Below, piece by piece: positions 24,102 through 35,471 of a stretch of DNA of 64,000 nt; position 1 is the first letter of the stretch, and the number at the start of each line of letters is the position of its first letter. The DNA lies in the NCBI GenBank assembly GCA_000004985.1, contig GG738850.1. One strand, given 5' to 3'. Source of the stretch: Naegleria gruberi. Lineage: Eukaryota. A program made the position numbers and the translations under genes. The notes under the pieces are model-generated. The model was given only the letters and a program-made list of their open reading frames with translations. It searched no databases and had not been told where the DNA came from.

Positions 24102-27100
24102 ATGCAAATATCATCACGGAATGTGTTTGTTGTGGTATTGTTGGTAATTGGTTTATTGTCCAATAATGTTTATTCCTTTAATGCTTCAGTGTGCCCCACT
24201 TTCAATAGCCAAGCGTGTAATGGTGCCGCCTTATTGAATCCGTGTGCTTCTGGTGGTGAAGAAACAAATTATTGTGACTGTTTTGGATTTGGGAGTGGCG
24301 GGTTTTCAGCCTTTTATGGAGGTGTTGCATGTGAAACCTTTCAATGCTATAAAGTAGACATGCATATTGGAATTGGTCTGTACGACCAATATATTTGTTC
24401 AAATAATGGAGATTGCATTGGACCCAATAGTTGTCAGTGTAATCAAGGTTATACTGGTTACAAATGTCAATACTCTATTGCAGATATTTCTTGTTTTAAC
24501 TTACCCGCAAATAGTTCTACTGTCTGTAGTGGAAAAGGAAAGTGTACACATCCGAATGAATGCCTTTGTAATAAGGGATATGAAGGTTTAAATTGTGAAA
24601 AGTTTAGATGTTATGGTCATTTGAACTCGGATTCGAATGCTTGTAGTGGGAAAGGAAAGTGTATAGATTGGAATGTCTGCGATTGTGACAACGGAAATTC
24701 TGGAAAAAATTGTGAACTAGTGTCCACTGTTGGTAGCTCCATTCAAAGAGTATGTTTTGGAATACCTAACACTAACAATTCGGTCTGCAATAACCGTGGT
24801 GTTTGTGTTGGACCTGATTCCTGTGTATGTAATCCAGGATATTTTGGATCTGAATGTGAACATTCCTTCTGTTTTTCTATTCCTCAAAATGACTCATCTG
24901 TTTGTAATGGCAGAGGCTTTTGTAATGAAAAAGATTCATGTAATTGCCTTTCTCAACTCTCAAATGTTCTGATTTCAGGAAGTGAATGTGAATATTTACA
25001 GTGCAAGGGAACTTTTGGCCAATACTATTTCTCTACAGATAGTACCAATGTATGCTCTGGAAATGGAATTTGCACCCTAAACGGTTGTAACTGTACTGAA
25101 GGGTACTCTGGAGAATTTTGTCAAGATTATTTCTGTGGTGGTGTCCCAAATTACAGTCCATCGTCATGCTCTGGACATGGTAACTGTATTGCTCCAGATG
25201 ATTGTTCTTGCTATACTAATTCAACTCATGGTTTTTGGATAGGATCTGATTGCAGTGTTTGTGATTCATCTCACCATGGATCTGACTGTTTGTCCAGTGT
25301 CAACTGTGACAGATATGAAACTTGTAATGGCCAGGGAAATTGCTCTTCAAATCATACATGCCTTTGTGATGATGGATTCGAGGGAGAATTCTGTGATGAA
25401 TGCTCAAATGATAGATATGGTTGGGATTGTAAGCAGTTTTGTTCAAGAATTTCAAGCTGCTATGGTCACGGTGAGTGTTCCAGAGATGGCCAGGTATGTG
25501 AATGTGATTATTCCCAAAGCACTGGTTTTTGGAAAGGAAATAATTGCTCCTCTTGTGCTGATGGTTTTTTTGGAGACGATTGTTTGACAAAGGTTGGATC
25601 AACCTTTGAGTTTAATTCCCTAGGAAATGAGATTTACTTTGATTTGAATGGTCCTTCAACCTATCTTGGTGGTGTTGTTGATTGTTCAACCCTCTTATCC
25701 TCTTCCTCTTACTCATCTATTGGAAGTTCATTAGCTAAATGTATTTTCAAAACTCCTTTAATTCCATCAAGAATTTCTATAGAGCTTGCAAGCACATCAA
25801 CTATTAAGCCAGGCGACTCCTTGGAGGTTAATTTGAAAGTTTTTGATGCACAACATCTACCAAGATCTCTCTCCACACTCTCATGTTCAGCATCTAATAT
25901 ATCTTCTCCTATTGCTGAAATTGTTTACCACAACACCTTAGTGAGATATTCTGAAAATTTGGTTCTTACAGGAAGAAATAGATTAGGTATTCCTCGTGAA
26001 CGCGTATTGTTCTATGAGTGGACTTTAATTTCAAGTACCTCTTCTTTTAATTCTCTTTCTAGTGTTGTGTCGTCAGGATCAGGTCTAGGAAAATCAGTTC
26101 TCAATATTTCTAACACGGATTTACCAGATAACAATGCATTTGCAATTCAACTTAAAGTGAAACACCCAGACTTTAACTTGTGGAGTAATTATGTAATCGT
26201 TAACTTTACAAAAGAAGATCAACCAATAGTTCAATCACCGTACAAAAAATATGAAGTGTATATATATCCTCCTTTAGACCCCTATTATGTGACAGAGTTT
26301 GTTTTTCCAATCACTGTTCCGTATCAAGTTTTGGAAGATGGTGTTCCAGTGGATACTTCTTCATTTACTGCAATTAGTTGGACATTTGATCCAGATATTC
26401 AAGCAAGTGGGCAGAGTATTTTTACAGTGGATACAACAACAAATGGTGTACTTTCTTTTGATGCAACCATTAGTGAAATGGAAAATACTATTGTCACAGT
26501 TAAATGTGACGTTATAGAAAACAATGTTGTATTAACATCCAGTTCTTTCAAAATCAAATCTGTTGCAGAGTATAAACCTTCTCTCAAAACAAATGAGACA
26601 GATTATGGGGTTTTCTTTAATATTGGATCTTTGAAGGGAATGCCATTACAGCAGAGCTATTGGGAATGTCACGCACCAACACAGCACCAGGGAAAATGTG
26701 AACCTGAAATCGAGGCTTTCTTCAAAGATGCAACTAACAAGAAAAGCGTCTTTATTCCTAATGAATATTTATACAAGTACAAAGTACTTTATTATGCTCG
26801 TGTTTCAATGGTTGTTAATGGGGCTCATTATAAGGGACAAGCGGATGCTTTTGGTAAAAAGGGTTTAGAAATCTTAAAGATTGGAAATGAAGATGTAAAG
26901 CATTATGTCTATTTGAGTAGAACGCAACAAACTAACTACATTTTGTACTATGACAACACAAGACAATCAATGACAAGCCCTCCTTCATATTCAATGTTTG
27001 ATGAGCTTGGAAATAACATTACAGATATTCTTGTTTTGGATGCAACAAACAAACGTATTATAATCAATCCTACCGCAATACCATCTCAATCAACTTTATT

Positions 27101-27674
27101 AACCTTGTCCCTTACTGACACTTATGGAAGCATGATTTATAAGAAAAACCTTCATGCATTTGTTGACATGCTCCCTAAATCAAATTGTACTGTTAAAATT
27201 GCTGAACATCCGGTTACAGTTAGTGTTTTTAATGGAATACTCTACTTTTACAATATTACAGTAGCATGTGTAACTTCTTCAAAATTGCCAACAGTTAAAG
27301 TGTATTTGAAGAACCAAAATACCGAACTATTCGTATGTGATTTTGATCCACTATTGCTTCCAAGTCAATCTTGCTACATTCTACTTCCAGAATTGATTGG
27401 ACCAACAGATGTGTTTGCCAATGTTACTCATGCAACCCAGGAATTGGTTGCCCTATTACCTGTTGCAGAAGTAAGTGAATTGATTCCTATTGGAAGTCTA
27501 AGAGAAAGACAAACAACTCCCTCAGCAGATATTGATTCTCTTCAACAAATGTTCTACCAATATTTTGCCAATCCAAGAGATGTTGAAAACACATCTATGT
27601 TACTTCAAACTCAAATCAAAAAACTGCTCTACTTACACTACCCAGAAAAGGAGCTTTCGTATCCAAATCTCTAA
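24102..27674 (+). CDS. secreted paralogue of the neighbouring giant protein (1190 aa): signal peptide, about 12 tenascin-type EGF-like repeats, about 700-aa C-terminal module, no TM
   Basis: MQISSRNVFVVVLLVIGLLSNNVYS is a signal peptide, followed by repeated CxxxxxCxCxxGYxGxxC units. The post-EGF region shares motifs with the minus-strand paralogue (VDCSTLLSSS / VDCSRLISSS; FYEWTLISSTSSFNS / KYYWTIVSSPSNFLS). Confidence 0.8.
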   Translation: MQISSRNVFVVVLLVIGLLSNNVYSFNASVCPTFNSQACNGAALLNPCASGGEETNYCDCFGFGSGGFSAFYGGVACETFQCYKVDMHIGIGLYDQYICSNNGDCIGPNSCQCNQGYTGYKCQYSIADISCFNLPANSSTVCSGKGKCTHPNECLCNKGYEGLNCEKFRCYGHLNSDSNACSGKGKCIDWNVCDCDNGNSGKNCELVSTVGSSIQRVCFGIPNTNNSVCNNRGVCVGPDSCVCNPGYFGSECEHSFCFSIPQNDSSVCNGRGFCNEKDSCNCLSQLSNVLISGSECEYLQCKGTFGQYYFSTDSTNVCSGNGICTLNGCNCTEGYSGEFCQDYFCGGVPNYSPSSCSGHGNCIAPDDCSCYTNSTHGFWIGSDCSVCDSSHHGSDCLSSVNCDRYETCNGQGNCSSNHTCLCDDGFEGEFCDECSNDRYGWDCKQFCSRISSCYGHGECSRDGQVCECDYSQSTGFWKGNNCSSCADGFFGDDCLTKVGSTFEFNSLGNEIYFDLNGPSTYLGGVVDCSTLLSSSSYSSIGSSLAKCIFKTPLIPSRISIELASTSTIKPGDSLEVNLKVFDAQHLPRSLSTLSCSASNISSPIAEIVYHNTLVRYSENLVLTGRNRLGIPRERVLFYEWTLISSTSSFNSLSSVVSSGSGLGKSVLNISNTDLPDNNAFAIQLKVKHPDFNLWSNYVIVNFTKEDQPIVQSPYKKYEVYIYPPLDPYYVTEFVFPITVPYQVLEDGVPVDTSSFTAISWTFDPDIQASGQSIFTVDTTTNGVLSFDATISEMENTIVTVKCDVIENNVVLTSSSFKIKSVAEYKPSLKTNETDYGVFFNIGSLKGMPLQQSYWECHAPTQHQGKCEPEIEAFFKDATNKKSVFIPNEYLYKYKVLYYARVSMVVNGAHYKGQADAFGKKGLEILKIGNEDVKHYVYLSRTQQTNYILYYDNTRQSMTSPPSYSMFDELGNNITDILVLDATNKRIIINPTAIPSQSTLLTLSLTDTYGSMIYKKNLHAFVDMLPKSNCTVKIAEHPVTVSVFNGILYFYNITVACVTSSKLPTVKVYLKNQNTELFVCDFDPLLLPSQSCYILLPELIGPTDVFANVTHATQELVALLPVAEVSELIPIGSLRERQTTPSADIDSLQQMFYQYFANPRDVENTSMLLQTQIKKLLYLHYPEKELSYPNL

Positions 27675-27684
27675 TCATAAAATT

Positions 27685-30600
27685 TTAATTGAATTCATTA
27701 TTGATTTTTCTCTTTCTTGAGAATATTTCTGCATCTCTGGAAACAAATGGAAAAACAGCAAACCAAATCATACACAATAAACAACTAGAAACCAAACACC
27801 ACCCAAGACCTAAACTGAATGCAATCTCATTATTATCACTAACAATACTATCGTCATCATTGAAAGAGAATGGGAATCTGAATATGGTCTCAGTAATCAT
27901 GGTAGAAATCAACATGGCCGAGAGAAGCAGAGGGGCAAAGTATTTGACTAAAAAGCACCAAACCCACAAAACTGTCTGTGTTGCCAAATCAGTGCATTTG
28001 TAAACAAATGTATTCTCAGTGAAAATATTTTCCTCTCCATCTTCATTCTCCTCAGTAGCATACTTTTGAATAATCTTTTGTTTTTTAGCAAGAATGTGGT
28101 TTTTAAATCTCTCAACAGAGAAGAAGGCCGCTCCTTTCCAATATTTCTTTGGGTTGTTTTTCAGTTTTCTGAATGCATGTGTGAGATTAGGGCAGTGAAT
28201 CAAATATTTGAAAAATACCACAAAGTGGGTGGCCATGATTTTACAACGTTTTGTAAATCTTGCACACACAGAGGTGTCTCCCTCCAAAACCATATCAACT
28301 ATTCCCTCCTCTGATGGCTCTATCATTTGAATCATTTCTTCTTGCCATTTTTCATGGTTAGCTGCCAAAGCTTCATTAATCTTGTTAACGATATCCTTCT
28401 CTTCCAATTCACTGCATTGACTTTCAAACATTTTACTTCCAAATGCAAAATATCCAACAACTATACACTCAGCCAATCCCATCAAAACTAGACAATAATT
28501 TGAAATGTAGTGATCCACAATTCTAATCAAGTAGTATCCATTATTAAGAGTGAACGGCAATCCTAAAATGAAGCCAACAAGGCAAACAATAAAAGTTGCC
28601 ACGTTTCTGTTAGTCAACATTTTGTAAGTGAATGGCATGTCTGGTACATTGTCCTCATGAAGCAAATCTTGCTTCTCTGGAGGAAGATTAATAGTCTCCT
28701 TCTTAATAGCCACAGGAGAAGATGAAATCACATTGGATGAATCGATGGTATCCTCCAGTGGTACTTCATGTTGAGCATCAACTGCTTGTTCTGTCATTTC
28801 ATGTTCATTGTGGAAATTCTGCATGTAAATCTTTTGAACATACTTCCAACGTTGAACTTTGAGATTCCACTGCATTGAGAAGTGATCCATCAGGGCACTT
28901 GTTACACATTCCACACAAGCAAAGGCACTATCTAATCCCATTGAAAATATAGTGGCAATCAGTAAGAGAGCAGAAAAGTGAGGAACTGGCAAATAGGAAA
29001 CAGCTTGGAAGTAGACAATAAAAGCCAATCCCAATCCTGAACGAACTGTATCACTAGTAAAGAGCTTGTCAAAATCTGCAAGAGCTGTTTTCAAATAATA
29101 TTATATGAATATTAAGGTAAAAATTAATATTAAAAAAGGTTTGTGAAAAAACTTACCATTCTCACCAAACTTGTCATGAGCCATAACACCCAAAATTGAA
29201 AAGATAGTAAAGCCACTCAAAAAGGCAATAAAGCAATTGGCTGCCACCACAACAACTGAAGCAATGATAATATTTGATTTTCTACTCAAATATGAAGAAT
29301 AGGTAGAGTTGGTTCCATTTCCAACACCAACACTGAAGAATACCTGACCAGCAGCCGCCAACCAAATTTCAGTTTTCAGCAAGACACTGAAATCTGGTTT
29401 GAAAAAGTAGTACAAACCAGAGCTACTTCCCACTTCGAACAATATAGTTCTCAACAAGTAAATGGCCAATAAACAAATTGGCAAAGGTACTGAAATGAAA
29501 ACTACAAATTTGATACTGCTCACACCCTTAAAAACGCACAAAAAGTTGAAAAATACCACAACCAGTAAGCCCAATAAAATTGGCATGGAAACAAAGTCTA
29601 CTCCATAAAAATTCGATGGATAATTGCTTATCAATGTAGTTGGTCCAGTGGATTTTCTCAAAACTACAGAATTGAAGAACTCTTCAGCCTTCCCAATCCA
29701 TGGTAATTCAGCTTGGAATAAGTTTACAAAATAAACACAAGTCCAACTCAGAATTACATTATAATAACTCAAAATTAATAAACTTCCAAAAACTGTCATG
29801 GCCAAACCAACTCCACAAGCTCTTCTATTCCACTTTGAAATGGATAATATGGAAGATCTTCTCGACATGACACCAAGTGAAAATTCCAACAAGGTCAATG
29901 GCAATCCCAAAACAACCAAACAGAAAATGTAAGGAATGAGAAATCCACCACCTCCATACGTATAAACAAGATATGGAAAACGAATCAAATCTCCCAAACC
30001 AACACTCGAACCAATGGCTGCAAATAAAAAGCTAATAACTGATCCAAAATGTTGTCTCTTATCATCTTCCAATCCATTCGATCCATCATCCACAAATTTG
30101 AAACATTTCTCATTGGCAATACTTGCCAAATCCAAAGAACTCGTCTCTGAAACATTATCTGCATAATAATCCATACTAGAAGTGGCAGATAAACTTTCCT
30201 CTTCAGTTGTTGTACCTTCCTCTGATTCGAATGCTTGCTCTTCACTCTCAACTTTTGGACCCAAATCTGAATGTCTATGAATGTGATGAGAAATCTTTGG
30301 CTTGTGATTTGGTTTTCTATGGTGATGTCCATGATGACGATGATGAGAAAGTCCCCTTGTGGCATTAAGTTGTTGTTGCTGATGATGACCACGAAGATTA
30401 TTACGAGAACTTCTTCGAGAGGAATCTCTCTTCACTTCTTCCATCATTCCAGCCTGATGTTCCCTCTCAACATCTTCCATCATGATTGTTTCCTCCAACT
30501 CTTCTGGATGATGATTATGAGTGCCTTGTTGTTCTTCTCCTTCTCCAATCATTCCTCTCTTATCAAAGGCTAGAGATGATAAAGTTGTTGGAGCAGCTCC

Positions 30601-31077
30601 TACTCCGTAATGATGAATGTGTTGGGAGTAGATGGATTTGAGTGCTGAATTATTTACAACTCCAATCCTGTTGCCAATCAATTGGCTATTATCCAAACTT
30701 CTTCTCATATTATTATTGTTAATTATATTTAAATTATTTAAAGTTTTGGAGGGTGGATCCTCTCCACTACTACTACTCATCGATTGTTGTTGTTGTTGAA
30801 TGAGAAGTGTGGATGGAAGTTTGGGCGAAGAGGGTGAATTGTTATTTGTATTAGAAAATTGTTGCTGTTGTGATTGTAAAATTCTGGGTGATGACGATGA
30901 CTGAGAAGAAACTCTCGGAGAAGATGTACCTGAATTATTGTTCATCATTTCCTTCTCAAAATTGCTGTGAAAATCTTCACAATGGTTTGTTTTCAATTTT
31001 TTGGTTGTTGTCCAACAACTGAAAATTTGGTCACAACTCTGAGATGAGAATTGGTTTTGGTTAGTACTTGATTCCAC
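27685..31077 (-). CDS. SLC6/NSS-family sodium:neurotransmitter-type symporter with long His/Gln/Ser-rich N-terminal extension; exon 1 29157..31077 (5' end uncertain, possibly a further upstream exon around 31101..31270), 72-nt intron 29085..29156, exon 2 27685..29084
   Basis: …FGSVISFLFAAIGSSVGLGDLIRFPYLVYTYGGGGFLIPYIFCLVVLGLPLTLLEFSLG… is the TM1 NSS signature. Later …AAAGQVFFSVGVGNGT…FLSGFTIFSILGVMA… and …LGLAFIVYFQAVSYLPV…FSMGLDSAFACVECVTSALMDHF… follow. The GTAAGT/CAG splice is phase 1. The track start at 31077 is GTG. Confidence 0.75.
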
Positions 31078-31324
31078 AAGAGTAACAATAAGAGAGTTCC
31101 TTACGAACAGTTGAGGGTAAGAGAGCAGATTGATAAGGAGATTGATCTGTATTCATCTTCTTCAATCTTGGATGATTCCTTGGTAATCCATTCCTTATTA
31201 CGGACGAGGATTTCATCAGGATTCAATCTGGTAGCCTTGATTTGGGCAGTGTAGTGATTCAGATTTTTCATAATAAAGGGTATGTACAATTTAATAATGT
31301 GAGTAAAATCAATGTGTGTGAAAA

Positions 31325-32170
31325 TTAATTCTTCTTATTGTCTTTAAGGTCTTGATTATTCTTTCCACTTCCAAAGAGTTTTGACCAAATGTTATCATGA
31401 AGAATCCACAATAAGGTTGAGGTGAATTTAAAATAGAGAGCTGCAATGTATGGAGGTTTCATTTTGGATAAATGTGTCACAATCATGACCAATGCAGGGA
31501 AAATAAATAGTGGAATAATGCATGCAGCAAATGAGAATCGTCCTGCATTTCTCAATGAAAGACCACCCACAGGGTTATAAGGTTCCAAAATTAAATTCAA
31601 ATGATCTTGCCAAACCTTTGCAACACCATACTCTCTAGCTCCCTCTCTCAAAATATTCAAATATCTAGCACTTGGCAATGCATCAACAATATCCGGTTGA
31701 ACTGCTTGCAATGCAATTGCATCAATAGTTTGTCCAAACCATGAAGCATCCTCAGATGCCTTTCTATACTTATCTACAAAACCATCATTCGGATAGAATG
31801 GTTCATAAATCTGAGCCTGAACAATAATTTCTCTATATCCCAAATCATCATGTCCATTTCCTCCCTCTGTTCTTCTAATATGATCCATTTGTTCTCTCGT
31901 AATTTTATGCACAACACCATGACAATAACCAATCGATCCAATAGCCTTCTCCGATTTTGAAATTGAAGCAAAAGCAGGTTCAAAGTAAGGAAGACCCTTC
32001 ATATCAAATTGAAGGTCATATCCATTAACAATGCAAGGATAGGACTCGATTGGTTGTACCTGTCTTCTTCCAATAAGAACTTTAGATGCCATATTAGCAC
32101 CAAAAGCAAAATACCAAACAATTTTATCTTTTGCCGATGATGATGAATCTGTTGCAGAGTTTGAAGCCAT
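31325..32170 (-). CDS. gamma-glutamyl cyclotransferase-like (GGCT/AIG2 fold) protein with C-terminal hydrophobic segment, 281 aa
   Basis: N-terminal …IVWYFAFGANMASKVL… matches the YFAYGSNM motif of GGCT-like enzymes. ATG-initiated single ORF. Confidence 0.6.
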   Translation of the reverse strand: MASNSATDSSSSAKDKIVWYFAFGANMASKVLIGRRQVQPIESYPCIVNGYDLQFDMKGLPYFEPAFASISKSEKAIGSIGYCHGVVHKITREQMDHIRRTEGGNGHDDLGYREIIVQAQIYEPFYPNDGFVDKYRKASEDASWFGQTIDAIALQAVQPDIVDALPSARYLNILREGAREYGVAKVWQDHLNLILEPYNPVGGLSLRNAGRFSFAACIIPLFIFPALVMIVTHLSKMKPPYIAALYFKFTSTLLWILHDNIWSKLFGSGKNNQDLKDNKKN

Positions 32171-32787
32171 TTTTTTGATTGTTGTTTTTCAAAGAGAATG
32201 GATAATACAATCTTTAAGAGCAAGAGTAGAAATACTCCACCAAGTGTTGATGGACTTTTTAAAGTGCGCTTCTAAGAAATAATAAGCATGCTCGTTGAAA
32301 CACGCAATAGAAACAAGCGGGCGTATTAAAGCAACTTGATTGAACCTCATTGAAAATATGACCGTTTCATGATTTTTAATATTTTTTTAATTAAAAAATT
32401 ATATTGTGAATTTTATTGAAAAAAAATAACCCGATGTTTACAGGGAGCGCCTCATGAGTCTGTGAACTGTGCTCCTCTGCGATATCAAGTACTGCTTGCC
32501 ATAGATGACGAAGAATATTACTCCCCAAAGAACAGTAATAATTTACTGGAGAAATGAACCAGCTAGAAGAACCATTCATGATCTATAAGGCTCCAGTAAT
32601 CTGACTCAATGATCGTGAAGCCTCCTTTGCCCATTCATGATGCTTCCTTTTCTCTCCCTTGTTCCCTACTAGTAACATTTCCAAGCATTTCGGGCACATA
32701 ATCATCATCATCTTCCTTGTGTCTATCATCAGTGATGATAATCATACGCAAATGTGCACTTACCAATTCTGAAAACACGCTCAAAAA

Positions 32788-35414
32788 ATGAAAGAAGACA
32801 CAACAGAACCCACCGCTGCTGGACGGTCATCATTAATTAATCAAACCATAGTTGGCTCGTGGAGAAGGTTGCTTTCAACAATGTCGTTGGGAGGGAACAA
32901 TAAACAATCTACTACTACTACTACTACAACAACAATACCGAATGAGAGTAATAGTAACAATATGATTACTTCTCCACTTACAGTACAGGAAGATTCTGTG
33001 GAGCACTGCTCTGCAAGTGACTCATTGGCTTCTTCAGTGAGTACTTTTCCTACAGTATCCTCCTCCTCCTCGGTAGGAGGAATTGAAGGAACAATAATAT
33101 CATCATCAGCTACTTTGAATAATAATAATAATCAACAAGGAGGGGGATCTGTTGGTGGTGTTACCACTAGTTCTGGTTTAGTAGATCATTCAGCCGCTGT
33201 TATTAGTAATAGTCAGCCATTTAATGTTCCATCATCATCATCAGAATACCATCACTTTAATAACAATGTTTTTAAAAGTAGTAGTTATTGTAATGAGAGC
33301 GTGGGATATCCATTACATGACCACTACGGCCCAGTTAATACTAATGCATCGTCGTCTGTGGAAGGAAACGTAAGGAAGAAACCAAATGCTATCATGATGA
33401 GGAGAAGAAGATCTCCAAAGAGAAAATCGAATGCCATGATGGATATATCAGATGATGAGGAACAAACATCACCACCAACAAATTCAACAACAACTGCCAG
33501 AAATCAACCAACAACTAGTCATTCACCACAGGGTCAACGTACCAACAATATGAGAACTAGATTGGAACCACTCTTTAGACCTAATATTGGCAATCATCAA
33601 CCAGTACAACATCAACAACTTTTATCTACTTCACCAAATAGTCAACAACCATCAACCTCTCCAAAGAGTGACGAAGACACAATGATGAATGATCCAAGCA
33701 GTTACTTTTCGGATACAGAAATGTACGTCAAGAAGAAGGATGTTTTGGAATATTCAAAACCAATCCCAGCACACTTTTCTGGTGCTAACACTGCTGCAAC
33801 TCCATTCCAAAAAGTATTTCAAAAATCAACAAATTTCAAACCAGCAACACCATGTCCATCACCGACAAATCAGACCGAGTTTCCATCATCACACAATTTT
33901 ACTTCTTCAGGAAGAAGAAACAATGATATTCCAACAGCTTTTCATAATTTAGGGCTTGTTGGTAAATTGAAGGAGTTTTGTGCATCAATACCCTCATATT
34001 CAATGACATCACCAGTTATCTATTCACCTTTGGATTTATCTGCTAGTTTGGATTCTCTGGATACTGTCTACACATGTTGTGGTAATAATCTTCTTGGTCA
34101 ATTGGGTTGTGGTGATAAGCAGAAAAAGACTCTTGCTTTTCAGAGAAAAGCCAAAGGTTCAGTCAAATTTATTGCAGGAGGAAATGGGTTCGTTCTCATA
34201 GCAACCGTTAATAATGAGCTGTACAGTTGTGGAGATAATTCATATGGTCAATGTGGAGTTGGTCCTATTACTAAAAAGCATTGCCCAAATTTTATGAAAT
34301 CTGTTTGGGATAAGAAATTGGATATTAAGAAAATTGCTTGTGGTTATCATCACAGCATGATTTTGACAACCTGCGGAAAGGTATATAGTTGTGGAGCTGG
34401 ATGTGCAGGTGCTCTAGGTAGGTTTTTTTAATTGATTATTTATCAATATGTTTCTTATACTAATTAATAGGGCTTGGAGATTTTTTAAATAGAAATACTT
34501 TCCAGAGAGTGAATATTATATTTTTTGGAGATGAAGTTGATAATATTGTATGTGGAATGCATTATTCAGCCATCATTTCAAAGAGTGGCAGACTGTTTGT
34601 CACTGGTGTAAATATTGCAGGCGAATTGGGTGTAGGAGATTATGTGAATAGAAATTTATTTACATATGTGAGTGAGATACCTCTCCAAGCTAACCCTCAA
34701 GTTGATTTGATTTCTTTCAGACCAGGATTTTCAATAATTTACACAAAATACAAACAGGCTCTTATTGCTGGAAGGACGTTGGGAAATAGATATGCCTATG
34801 TGAATGGTTTTCCTAACAATGTAAAAAAGATAATTTTCGAAGGTTTACACACTATTATACTGTGTGAAAATGGTATTCTATACAAGTGTAATGATGATGA
34901 TGTAGAATTTGACTCCTTTCAAATGCCATTTTTCAATTTTAAACAGGTTCCAATACCCTCTCGAGTTGTTGAAATTTACAATGGTATTGGATATGCTGTT
35001 GCAGTTACGGAAGATAACAAATTCTATGCTATTGGGGATAAGTCTTGGATATTTGCTGTCTTGAATGGAAAAGATAAGACTGATGAACATCCAAATCTTG
35101 ATGAGTTTACAAAGATTAGAGTTGATAATTTCCATAATTCGGTAGCATGTGGAGGAACTTTCACTTACTATTACACCAAATCAAATAAGATTGTGAATAA
35201 TAATTCCCTAATTGATAGAATTCAACCACTCGATCCATACCAAGACATTGTCATCAAGTTTGATACCAATAAGAGAGTCAAAACATGGTCTTTAACAAGT
35301 GTAGTTTCTGATTATATATCAAATCAAAAGAAAAAGAGAAAAGTGGAAAGTAGTGATAGTGATAGTGATAGTGATAGAGGTGATTTGGAAGATCTTGAGG
35401 AATTTAGTAATTAG
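32788..35414 (+). CDS. RCC1-repeat protein with long low-complexity (T/S/N/Q-rich) N-terminal region; exon 1 32788..34417, 92-nt intron 34418..34509 (G|GTAGGT…AGAGAG|TG), exon 2 34510..35414
   Basis: RCC1-like repeats …CGNNLLGQLGCGD…, …SCGDNSYGQCGVG…, …SCGAGCAGALG…, …VTGVNIAGELGVGD…. The phase-1 splice joins the two ORFs in frame. C-terminus has an (SD)n tract. Confidence 0.7.
35354..35378 (+). repeat. (GATAGT)n hexanucleotide microsatellite encoding (SD)n inside the RCC1-repeat gene
   Basis: agtgatagtgatagtgatagtgatag read directly. Confidence 0.6.
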
Positions 35415-35471
35415 CATTACTGAGAAAATATACTACAAGTGTAAATATTTAAAGATTAAAATAAAAGAGAT

